Assembly (NCBI GenBank): GCA_001794635.1
Contig: MGKE01000014.1
Location: 112,984 to 176,983 of the forward strand
Reading direction: 5' to 3'
Length of the DNA: 64,000 nt
Origin: Candidatus Yanofskybacteria bacterium RIFCSPLOWO2_01_FULL_39_28
Lineage (GTDB): Bacteria; Patescibacteriota; Minisyncoccia; 2-02-FULL-40-12; GWA2-44-9
Part shown: positions 27,627 to 36,032 of the stretch, piece by piece
Layout of the letters: every line of letters begins with the position of its first letter
How positions within the stretch are numbered: position 1 is the stretch's first letter
Program-made: the position numbers and the translations under genes
Notes under the pieces: generated by a model
What the model saw: the letters and a program-made list of their open reading frames with translations, nothing else
Database searches by the model: none
What the model was told of the DNA's origin: nothing

Positions 27627-28907
27627 TTATACAGAATATCTTTTCTCCAAAAACTCAAATACTTTTTCATTAGTGAGTTCGGCCAGTGCCGCTTCTCTTG
27701 TGTTCGCCAAATTAATATTTTCTGGATTAACCTCGCCTTTTGATGTCATTGCTTGAATTAAATTATTGGCCATTTCTTCAATCTCTTCTGGGGTTGGTTT
27801 TATATTATTATCCTTGGCTATCTTTTTTAGAATTAAGGCGAAAGCAACTTGTTTTTCAGCTTCCGGCCGCCAGTCTTTTCTGAGGTCATCTTCGGTTTTA
27901 TTTAAATGAGCTAGATGTATTGATAATTCCATTCCTTTCAAGTGGAGATCGTTATCAAATTTAACAACCATCTCATTTAGCCGTTCATTGATCATGTCTT
28001 TCGGCAAATCAATTTTGGATTTAGCTAAAATACCTGAAAGAATTTCTATCCTCAATCTTTGCTGTTCTTTGTTTTTTTTCTCATCCAAAATACCCTCGCT
28101 TACATTCCGCTCCAAATCATGCAGTCCTTCAAATTGGCCTAGACTCCTGGCAAATTCATCACTCAAAGCCGGTTTTTGGATTTCTTCAACTTTAATCACT
28201 TTGACCTCAAAGTCCAATTCTTTACCGGCAACGGCTTTGTGGAAATAATCTTTGGGAGCAATGAGTGAGAACTTTTTTTCCTCCCCTTCTTTCATCCCCA
28301 AAAGTTGGTCTTCAAATCCTGGAATAAATTTGTTATCCCCAACCACAACGGGGTGGTTTTTACTAACTCCGCCTTCAATCGGCAAGCCGTTTTGGGTTAC
28401 TTCAAAATCAACCTCAGCCCTATCACCCTTCTCTATTGATTTATGCTTACGAATAAACTTAGAACGTGATATTCTTATAAACTCCAAAGCGTCATCTATT
28501 TCTTTTTTATCTACCGAAACTTCTTTTTTCTTTACTTTAAAACCGATTAAGTTACCGAACGTAACTGGTGGGAAAATCAAAAGATTGACGATATATAATA
28601 GTTTGGAAGCTGAGTTTTCTTTAATTTTTAAATCTGAAACTTTTAATACCTCCAAGCCCTCTTTTTCCAGAGTTTTAGCTAGACTATCTTGAAGAGCTAT
28701 ATTCAATCCTTCTTCAAGAATACCCTCATTTCCAACTTCCTGCCGAACCTTATCCCGGGGGACTTTGCCTTGGCGAAAACCATCAACTTTAATTTCTTTG
28801 GCAAACTTGTCTTCAGCAGCTTGAACATAACGCTTTAAGTCGTCGTGGCCGACTTCCACTGTGAGTTCATATCTGTTTTGTTCTAATTTCTTTAGAGTAG
28901 ATTCCAC
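27627..28907 (-). CDS. tig: trigger factor
   Basis: 426 aa with a GTG start after AAGGAG. GFRQGKVPR motif and a central FKBP-type region (FIPGFEDQLLGMKEGE). Confidence 0.9.
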   Translation of the reverse strand: MESTLKKLEQNRYELTVEVGHDDLKRYVQAAEDKFAKEIKVDGFRQGKVPRDKVRQEVGNEGILEEGLNIALQDSLAKTLEKEGLEVLKVSDLKIKENSASKLLYIVNLLIFPPVTFGNLIGFKVKKKEVSVDKKEIDDALEFIRISRSKFIRKHKSIEKGDRAEVDFEVTQNGLPIEGGVSKNHPVVVGDNKFIPGFEDQLLGMKEGEEKKFSLIAPKDYFHKAVAGKELDFEVKVIKVEEIQKPALSDEFARSLGQFEGLHDLERNVSEGILDEKKNKEQQRLRIEILSGILAKSKIDLPKDMINERLNEMVVKFDNDLHLKGMELSIHLAHLNKTEDDLRKDWRPEAEKQVAFALILKKIAKDNNIKPTPEEIEEMANNLIQAMTSKGEVNPENINLANTREAALAELTNEKVFEFLEKRYSV

Positions 28908-29004
28908 TTCTTCGCTCCTTGCGGAGCTTCAAAGTGCAGGCATTTCTTCATTAGAGCGAAGAAGTGCCCTTCCGAAGCTTTAGCGAAGGAGGGCTATATT
29001 AATT

Positions 29005-30267
29005 CTATATCGTTTTATTTTCTTCTGTCTTTTCTTCTGCTTCAACCTCTTTTTCAACTTCTTTATATTCTAAATTCTCTTTCGGTGATCTGACATCTAT
29101 TTTCCAAGCAGTAAGTTTAGCTGCCAAACGAACATTTTGGCCTCTTTTTCCGATAGCCAAAGAGAATTGGTCGTCAGAGACCTCAACCAGAGCATGTTTT
29201 CTTTTTTCATCAACAATCTTAACGTCAATAACTTTAGCTGGTGAAAGAGAGTTGGTTATAAAATCTTTAGGTTTTTCACTCCATAGTATAATATCTATTT
29301 TTTCACCCGACAACTCATTGATAACCGTCTGAACACGAACACCCTTCTGGCCAACCAGTGAACCAATTGGGTCAACCCCTTCTTCGCTTGAAGTAACAGC
29401 TATTTTGGTTCTTGAACCTGCTTCACGGGCAATTGCTTTAACTTGGACTGTTCCAGTATCAATTTCCGGAACCTCCATTCTAAAAAGTTCTAAGACCAAT
29501 TTAGGATGAGCTCTGGATAAAAGAACCACTGGTCCCCTGGATGTTTCATCAACTTTAAAAATAATCATCCTGAAGCGCTGACCAATCCGATAATTATCGC
29601 CGTAAACTTGTTCAACCGGAGTTAAAAGTCCGTTAGTTTTACCTAGATCAATAAAAACTAATGGGCCTTCTTTGCGCTGAACCACGCCACTAACAATCTC
29701 ACCTTCCCGTTTTTTGAACTCAGCAAATATAGCTTCCCTTTCGGCTTCTCTAAGGCGTTGGATAACTACTTGTTTAGCTGTTTGGGCAGCAATTCGTCCA
29801 AAATCAGTGTGGCTCTCCAAAGGAACCACTAATTCATCGCCGACTTTAATTTTTTTATTTTTCTTTTTTGCATCTGCTAAGAGTATGTGTTTTTCTGGGT
29901 TAAATTTTACTTTCAACTCTCCCTCATCTTCTTTTTTTAACCCACTTTCTTCGGGAACAGGTTCTCCTTTTCTCCTTGGTTTTTCTGTTTCCAAGTCTTG
30001 TTTGTCTTCAGCCACCTTGAGAGGCAGTGATCCGGTTATATTTTCCTCTTCATCAACCCCCTCAACTACATAAAAAATCTGGGTCATATCAAGACCACCT
30101 GATTCCGTATCAAGTTTTGATTTAATTATTTGTCCCTTTTTGCCATAGTCCCTTTTGTAAGCCGCGGCAATGGCCGCTTCAATTGTTTCTATAACGCTTT
30201 GTTCGGCTATGCCTTTTTCTTCTGAAATCTGCTTGATGGCAGATAAAAATTGCTTGGTATCTAACAT
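29005..30267 (-). CDS. nusA: transcription termination/antitermination factor NusA
   Basis: Start set at MLDTKQFLSAIKQISEEKGI. S1 domain GEIVSGVVQR and KH domains (AIGKRGQNVRLA). An acidic insertion lies in the N-terminal domain. Confidence 0.9.
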   Translation of the reverse strand: MLDTKQFLSAIKQISEEKGIAEQSVIETIEAAIAAAYKRDYGKKGQIIKSKLDTESGGLDMTQIFYVVEGVDEEENITGSLPLKVAEDKQDLETEKPRRKGEPVPEESGLKKEDEGELKVKFNPEKHILLADAKKKNKKIKVGDELVVPLESHTDFGRIAAQTAKQVVIQRLREAEREAIFAEFKKREGEIVSGVVQRKEGPLVFIDLGKTNGLLTPVEQVYGDNYRIGQRFRMIIFKVDETSRGPVVLLSRAHPKLVLELFRMEVPEIDTGTVQVKAIAREAGSRTKIAVTSSEEGVDPIGSLVGQKGVRVQTVINELSGEKIDIILWSEKPKDFITNSLSPAKVIDVKIVDEKRKHALVEVSDDQFSLAIGKRGQNVRLAAKLTAWKIDVRSPKENLEYKEVEKEVEAEEKTEENKTI

Positions 30268-30518
30268 TATAAAAGAGACGAGCAACAAGCTACCAAGGAA
30301 CAAGAAAGAAAAATTAGACTTGATCGCATGGCCTCTTGTTTCTTGTCGCTATTTAAAATTTAAGGCCCGCTCCAGCGGACCTTGAACAGAAATACTTAAC
30401 CCTATCATCTTATCAAATTATACAAAACGAGTCAAGGGGTAAACGCTTTGTGGTATAATTTATTATAGATATCCACAAATTTTATTTACAAAACCAGCAC
30501 ATTCGCTAATACAAATAC

Positions 30519-31925
30519 ATGCCTTCACAATCACCTGCTCAAAAACACGAAGAAGTGTTAGAAAAAAAATTAAGTGAGATCAGAAAATCTAACCAACCCA
30601 AACCAGCTCAGAAACCAGCTGTTCCCTCTTCATCTGCTCCAAAAACTTTTCAAATTGGCGCTATAGAAATAAATGAAGACGAATTAAACCATCTTGGGAA
30701 CCAGATTAAAGATATTAGCGACATCAAAAACAAACTCCAGACAGTATCAGCTACTAAGCTTCTGGAAATATTGGTTGCTGGAGCTTTAAAAACTAAATGC
30801 TCTGATATTCACCTTGAACCGGAAGCCGATAAAACTCGCGTCCGGTATCGTTTAGATGGTGTTCTGCACGATATTTCGTTTTTTGAAAAAAGTTCTTATA
30901 ACAAAGTTTTGAACAGGATAAAGATTCTGTCCAAAATGAAAATAAACATCCACGATTCTCCCCAAGATGGAAGATTTACCATTAAACAGAAAAGTGTGGA
31001 TATAGAAGTCAGGGTATCAATAATACCAAGTGAGTTTGGTGAAACAATTGTAATGCGGCTCCTTGATCCGAGAACTATCAAGGGAACATTGGAAGATTTG
31101 GGTCTGCGTCAAGATCTCTTACTAATTATTCGCGAAGAATTAAAAAACAAAACCGGAGCTATCTTAACCAGTGGTCCGACCGGTTCCGGTAAAACCACCA
31201 CTCTTTACGCCTTTGTTAACACTCTAAACGAATCGGGGACCAAAATAATTACCATTGAAGACCCTATTGAATATCATATTCCCGGCATATCTCAAACCCA
31301 AGTAGACCAAAAGAAAAAATATACCTTTACCAACGGACTTAAAGCTATTATCAGACAAGATCCTGATATTATTCTGGTTGGCGAAATCAGGGATAAAGAA
31401 ACAGCTGAAATTGCTTTAAATGCCGCTTTAACCGGACATCTGGTTTTATCAACTATTCACACCAATAATGCTGCTGGGATAATACCTCGTCTTATTGATT
31501 TGGGGGTTAAGCCACAAATTATCGCCCCGGCAATTAACTTATCTATAGCCCAAAGATTATTGAGAAAACTCTGTCCAGCTTGTAAAAAACAAGTCCAAGC
31601 AACAGATAAAGAGTTAGAAAAAATTAAAAAAGTCCTTGAGCCGATAAGTAAAAAGGTTGATTTTCCAAAACTTACTTCTTCCTTGAAATTATATACCGCC
31701 GGCCAGTGTCATAAGTGTAACTCTTCAGGGTATCTGGGCCGAACTGGTATCTTTGAGTTATTCCAAATTTCAGAAAATATTGAGAGATTAATACTGACAT
31801 CGCCATCAATTTTAGACATTGAAGAAACAGCTTTAAAAGAAGGGCTAACGACAATGCTGCAAGATGCTTACCTTAAACTTTTAGAGGGTATCACATCAAT
31901 AGAAGAAATAGAAAGTGTGCTTTAG
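30519..31925 (+). CDS. type II/IV secretion ATPase (GspE/PilB family)
   Basis: 468 aa. Walker A SGPTGSGKTTT, DPDIILVGEIRD, a His box, and a tetracysteine CPAC...CHKC. Confidence 0.88.
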   Translation: MPSQSPAQKHEEVLEKKLSEIRKSNQPKPAQKPAVPSSSAPKTFQIGAIEINEDELNHLGNQIKDISDIKNKLQTVSATKLLEILVAGALKTKCSDIHLEPEADKTRVRYRLDGVLHDISFFEKSSYNKVLNRIKILSKMKINIHDSPQDGRFTIKQKSVDIEVRVSIIPSEFGETIVMRLLDPRTIKGTLEDLGLRQDLLLIIREELKNKTGAILTSGPTGSGKTTTLYAFVNTLNESGTKIITIEDPIEYHIPGISQTQVDQKKKYTFTNGLKAIIRQDPDIILVGEIRDKETAEIALNAALTGHLVLSTIHTNNAAGIIPRLIDLGVKPQIIAPAINLSIAQRLLRKLCPACKKQVQATDKELEKIKKVLEPISKKVDFPKLTSSLKLYTAGQCHKCNSSGYLGRTGIFELFQISENIERLILTSPSILDIEETALKEGLTTMLQDAYLKLLEGITSIEEIESVL

Positions 31926-31940
31926 ACCTGTTATTTAATA

Positions 31941-32116
31941 AATAAGTGGTTCTCTTTAATCTGTAGGCAAATCCATCTACCAAAGGCGGACGGGGCAGGA
32001 TAGTTCCGAGGAGTAGTCCAGTCGAAACCGAGCTATCCAACTAAGATTATATCCCAATTAGGCCAACAAGATAAATCCCTGGCCTAATTGCCTACAGATT
32101 AAAGGTAACCACTTAT
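31941..32116 (+). repeat. 176-nt element closed by a ~29-bp near-perfect terminal helix (candidate structured ncRNA or MITE)
   Basis: aataagtggttctctttaatctgtaggcaa pairs with ttgcctacagattaaaggtaaccacttat. Internal hairpins ggatag...ctatcc and aattaggcc...ggcctaatt. Confidence 0.6.
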
Positions 32117-32161
32117 CTAAAGTTCCACACAAAAAGCTCCTATATTTTAAGCTAAAACAAT

Positions 32162-33172
32162 ATGAATGTCAACCCAAAATTAACGCCTCAAACAACCGCT
32201 GATGATCAAGTTCTTGATCAAGCTTTGCGTCCAAAAACATTTACCGAGTATGTCGGCCAAATCAAAATCAAAGAAAATCTGAAAATACTCATCGGGGCCG
32301 CCAAAAAAAGAAACGAACCCATAGAACATATTCTGCTTCACGGCCCTTCCGGACTAGGTAAGACCACTTTGGCCTATTTGATCGCCAAAGAGTTGGGTTC
32401 TAGTTTAAAGGTTACTTCGGGCACCGCTCTTGAGAAAGCTGGTGATGTCGGCTCAATTCTGACGGGTTTAAACGACGGTGATGTTTTGTTTATTGACGAA
32501 GTTCATCGTTTAAACAAAGCCGTAGAAGAAGTTATTTATCCGGCCATGGAGGGTTTTAAGCTGGATATTATTATCGGCAAAGGCAACTCGGCTAAAACCT
32601 TGCAAATAGACCTGCCTAAATTCACTCTTATTGCCGCCACTACAAAAATATCAATGCTTTCCAGCCCCTTTCGTTCACGATTTGGCATGAACTTTCGCCT
32701 TGATTTTTACAATCAAGAAGATATAGAAAAAATAATTGCCCGTTCGGCCAAACTTTTAAATGTATCCATCCAGTCCCAAGCAATTAAACTAGTAGCCCAA
32801 GCTTCCCGCTTTACTCCTCGCATTGCCAACAGACTCCTCAAAAGAGTCCGTGATTACGCTCAAATGGCCGACCAAGACATTATTAACCCAGAAACAGCGC
32901 AAAGTACCTTAAAAATGCTTGAAGTTGATGACAAGGGTCTTGAGGACACGGATCGCAAAATACTCTCAACCATCGCTGAAACTTTTGACGGCGGACCGGT
33001 TGGCTTAAAAGCTGTCGCCGCCGCCATCTCCGAAGAAGAAAACACCATAGAAGATGTCTATGAACCCTATCTCATCCGAGCCGGCCTTATAGCCAGAACC
33101 TCCAAAGGCCGGATAATCACCCAACAAGGTTTAAAACATTTAGGGCTCAAGAAATCTCTGTTGGATTTTTAA
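32162..33172 (+). CDS. ruvB: Holliday junction branch-migration helicase RuvB
   Basis: 336 aa. LRPKTFTEYVGQ, GPSGLGKTT, and Walker B VLFIDEVHRL. Confidence 0.95.
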   Translation: MNVNPKLTPQTTADDQVLDQALRPKTFTEYVGQIKIKENLKILIGAAKKRNEPIEHILLHGPSGLGKTTLAYLIAKELGSSLKVTSGTALEKAGDVGSILTGLNDGDVLFIDEVHRLNKAVEEVIYPAMEGFKLDIIIGKGNSAKTLQIDLPKFTLIAATTKISMLSSPFRSRFGMNFRLDFYNQEDIEKIIARSAKLLNVSIQSQAIKLVAQASRFTPRIANRLLKRVRDYAQMADQDIINPETAQSTLKMLEVDDKGLEDTDRKILSTIAETFDGGPVGLKAVAAAISEEENTIEDVYEPYLIRAGLIARTSKGRIITQQGLKHLGLKKSLLDF

Positions 33173-33173
33173 A

Positions 33174-33286
33174 AAGCCAGAGAGCGGTTATTCTTCGGGC
33201 ACGACGTAAATTTTTGCTAAAATTTCGTCTTTTACTCGCACCGGACCGTGCTCCGTAAATCCCTCAGAATAACCGCTCTCTGGCTT
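33174..33286 (+). repeat. three-way-junction intergenic element, copy D
   Basis: The 21-bp outer stem aagccagagagcggttattct / agaataaccgctctctggctt encloses the conserved core. Starts 2 nt after the ruvB stop. Confidence 0.9.
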
Positions 33287-33294
33287 AAAATCAT

Positions 33295-33801
33295 ATGTCC
33301 GGTCATTCGCGCTGGTCGCAGATAAAACACAAGAAAGGAGCAAATGACAAAAAGAGGGCCCAGTTGTTTTCTAAACTTTCAAAACTAATTTCCTTAGCCG
33401 CCAGAAAAGGCGCCAATCCGGAAACAAATATGGAATTGAAAAATGCTATTGAGCAAGCCCGTTCTTTTGATGTACCTAATGATAATATTGAAAGAGCTAT
33501 AAAAAAAGCCTCCGATAAGTCAGCCACCCAACTTGAAGAGTTGTCTATTGAAGCAATCGGACCAGGTGGTATCGCTTTAAAAATTAAGGCCATTACCGAT
33601 AATCGTAATCGGACTATTGTTGAAGTTAAACATATTTTGAGCGAAAACAATTCTAAACTAGTCCCGCCTGGGACTATTTCCTGGATGTTTAACCAAAAGG
33701 TTTCCATTACTGACCTAGAAACACAAAACCGGATAGACAAACTTTTTGAAGCATTAGATGATCAGAATGATGTGGAAAATGTTGAATCTAATTTAAAGTA
33801 A
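33295..33801 (+). CDS. YebC/PmpR-family protein, short form
   Basis: 168 aa. MSGHSRWSQIKHKKG...DNRNRT matches YebC, but about 75 aa of the usual middle/C-terminal domain is missing relative to the ~245-aa proteins I remember. Confidence 0.8.
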   Translation: MSGHSRWSQIKHKKGANDKKRAQLFSKLSKLISLAARKGANPETNMELKNAIEQARSFDVPNDNIERAIKKASDKSATQLEELSIEAIGPGGIALKIKAITDNRNRTIVEVKHILSENNSKLVPPGTISWMFNQKVSITDLETQNRIDKLFEALDDQNDVENVESNLK

Positions 33802-33907
33802 CAAGAAGTAGGGTCTTTTGAGGGATTTACGGAGCGCGACTGGCGCGAGTAAAAGACGAAATTTCAGTAGAAATTTACGTCGTGCCCGAAAAAGACTTAC
33901 TTCTTGT
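33801..33907 (-). repeat. three-way-junction intergenic element, copy E (inverted relative to D)
   Basis: The outer stem acaagaagtagggtctttt / aaaagacttacttcttgt begins at the last base of the yebC stop codon. Confidence 0.9.
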
Positions 33908-33914
33908 TATGTAA

Positions 33915-34370
33915 ATGATAATCCTAGGAATTGACCCGGGTACAACTAGAATCGGTATCGGTGTTATCAAAAAAGATAGAAACAAACTATCTTGCCTTTA
34001 TTACGGCCTGATTAAGCAACCCTCCCCCGCTTTAATAACTTCGGAAATTTCTGAATTAATTAGGAAGTATAGGCCAGAAGTAGCCGCTGTAGAAAAAATA
34101 TTTTTCTTTAAAAACCAAAAAACCATAATATTGGTCAGTGAGATGAGGGGGGTAATTTTGGCAGCTCTGGCTGTTAATGGTATCCCAACTAGAGAATTTA
34201 CCCCCCTTCAAGTTAAACAAGCCGTATCCGGTTATGGTCGCTCTGGGAAGCATCAGGTTGAACTTATGGTTAGGATGATCTTAGGGCTAAATCAAGAAAT
34301 TAAACCAGATGATGCTGCTGATGGTTTAGCTATTGCAATTTGTTGCGCAAATACTATTATACGAGAATAA
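33915..34370 (+). CDS. ruvC: crossover junction endodeoxyribonuclease RuvC
   Basis: 151 aa. ILGIDPGTTRIGIGVI and a C-terminal DAADGLAIAIC. Confidence 0.9.
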   Translation: MIILGIDPGTTRIGIGVIKKDRNKLSCLYYGLIKQPSPALITSEISELIRKYRPEVAAVEKIFFFKNQKTIILVSEMRGVILAALAVNGIPTREFTPLQVKQAVSGYGRSGKHQVELMVRMILGLNQEIKPDDAADGLAIAICCANTIIRE

Positions 34371-34635
34371 AATAGGACTTACGCGTGAGTCCTATAAAAT
34401 TTAACCTAAAGTTCCCGTTTGTATCTATTAAGGTAGCTTATGAATACCTTAGTAATCCGAACCGGAAAGAATCGGTATAATGATTGAGGAAAAAGAAATA
34501 TTTTCTCTTCACGCCGAAGAAGACGACAGCGAAATAGAAAAAACCAAAGAAGAAGAAATGGCTGAAGAAGATACTGAGGAAGATGACAAGGATGAAGAAG
34601 ATGATACTGAGGGTGATGATTTTGAGAGCTAACTT

Positions 34636-35820
34636 TTATTTAACTTTATAAAATTTCCGAGGACCGATTTGGACTATATCCCCGCTTTGTGTTGGGTGAT
34701 CCCATTTTTCAATCACCACGTCGTTAATTTTCACAGCTTTCTGGTCTACTAATCTTTTCATCTCAGAATTTGATTCAACCAGACCAGCTGAAACAGATGT
34801 TTGAATAATATTTCCCTTGTTCTCAACCTCCATAATCTCTTCAGGTTTTTCACCTTTAGAAAAAACTCTCTCAAATTCTTTCCTAGCTTTTTGGGCCTCT
34901 TTTTCTCCATAAAATCTCTTAACAATATCTTGGGCAACAACTATTTTAGCGTCTCTTGGCCCCATTTTAAGAATCTTCTCTTTATCCGATAAAGGAATTC
35001 TCGTAACATTAACAAGTAACACTTCTGTCATTTCGTCTGGTTGAGCCATAATTGCTCCGAACATTTCTTTTGGCGAAAAAGATAGGAAGACGCCTGTTCC
35101 ACGACTCTTAGACATTAACTCGCCTGTTTTAGGATTTTCCATTAAATTCACGGCAACTATAAATTTTTCTTTGTTTTTTAACTTTTTCAATAAAGTACGG
35201 CCAACAAGAGCATTAAATATCTGGTCTGTTCCACACAATTCTACATCAACATCCATAGCAACACTGTCATATCCTTGCATTAATGGATACTGAAATTCAT
35301 GGGAATAAATAGGAATATTACTCTTAAGTCTCTTCTGAAACATATCTCTCTCTTGAAGTTGTTGGACAGTTATGTTGGCTGCCAGTTCAATCTCATCTTC
35401 CCAGGTCATTTTTGAAAGCCAGGCGCTGTTATACAAAACATGGGGTGGATTATCTTTATCATCAAAATCCATTAAAGGTTTTATCTGGGAAATCCAACTC
35501 TTAACATTATTGTCTACTTGTTCTTTTGAGAGTTTGACTCTGGTGGCAGTCTTATCTGACGGATCACCGATTCTAGCAGTAAAATCACCCATCAGAATAA
35601 TAACTTCATGGCCGAGTTGTCTAAACTCTTCCAACAACATGTAGTTTTTAGCATGGCTAAGGTGAAGTGAGTTTGAGGTTGGGTCTACTCCAATATAAAT
35701 TTTTAATCTATTCCCGGCAGTCATTCTTTCAATTAACCGTTCTTTGGTTGGCAAAATTTCAACGACAACACCTCGGTTAATAATTTCTTCTATCCTCTTT
35801 TTATCGGTAATAACTTTCAT
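34636..35820 (-). CDS. tyrS: tyrosine--tRNA ligase
   Basis: 394 aa. HIGH-type motif SLHLSH, KMSKS-type LMSKSRG, and a C-terminal S4-like domain. Confidence 0.85.
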   Translation of the reverse strand: MKVITDKKRIEEIINRGVVVEILPTKERLIERMTAGNRLKIYIGVDPTSNSLHLSHAKNYMLLEEFRQLGHEVIILMGDFTARIGDPSDKTATRVKLSKEQVDNNVKSWISQIKPLMDFDDKDNPPHVLYNSAWLSKMTWEDEIELAANITVQQLQERDMFQKRLKSNIPIYSHEFQYPLMQGYDSVAMDVDVELCGTDQIFNALVGRTLLKKLKNKEKFIVAVNLMENPKTGELMSKSRGTGVFLSFSPKEMFGAIMAQPDEMTEVLLVNVTRIPLSDKEKILKMGPRDAKIVVAQDIVKRFYGEKEAQKARKEFERVFSKGEKPEEIMEVENKGNIIQTSVSAGLVESNSEMKRLVDQKAVKINDVVIEKWDHPTQSGDIVQIGPRKFYKVK

Positions 35821-35876
35821 AAATTAAAAGCTTATACTACAGCTTATAATTTATGCCGCATCTTTTCAACTTATCG

Positions 35877-35992
35877 TTAGTAGCTGGGGTGGGTGTCTTA
35901 AGGGATTTACGGACCGCGACCGGCGGGAGTAAAAGACAAAATTCTAGCAAGAATTTATGTCGTGCCCGAAAAACACCCACCCCAGCTACTAA
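35877..35992 (-). repeat. three-way-junction intergenic element, copy F
   Basis: The outer stem ttagtagctggggtgggtgt / acacccaccccagctactaa encloses the core. It lies between the divergent tyrS and PBP genes. Confidence 0.9.
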
Positions 35993-36032
35993 TCTTGAAA
36001 AAAACTAAGGTTGTGTTAAGATTTAAACTACT

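Noticed and set aside
34480-34632. A 50-aa highly acidic ORF (MIEEKEIFSLHAEEDDSEIEK...DDTEGDDFES) between ruvC and tyrS.
   Set aside because: It has no SD, its ATG overlaps a TATAAT-like hexamer, and its composition is low-complexity. It may be real but is not supportable from sequence alone.
7737-35992. The loop of hairpin 1 in the three-way-junction element reads TGCTAAAAT / TGCTAGAAT, an extended -10-like sequence, so the elements were considered as portable promoters.
   Set aside because: Orientation relative to downstream genes is inconsistent (copy E points into the 3' end of yebC). Independent promoters already exist, for example TTGACC-17-TAAAAT before the tRNA pair at 19541-19569. 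The idea is kept only as an untested alternative.
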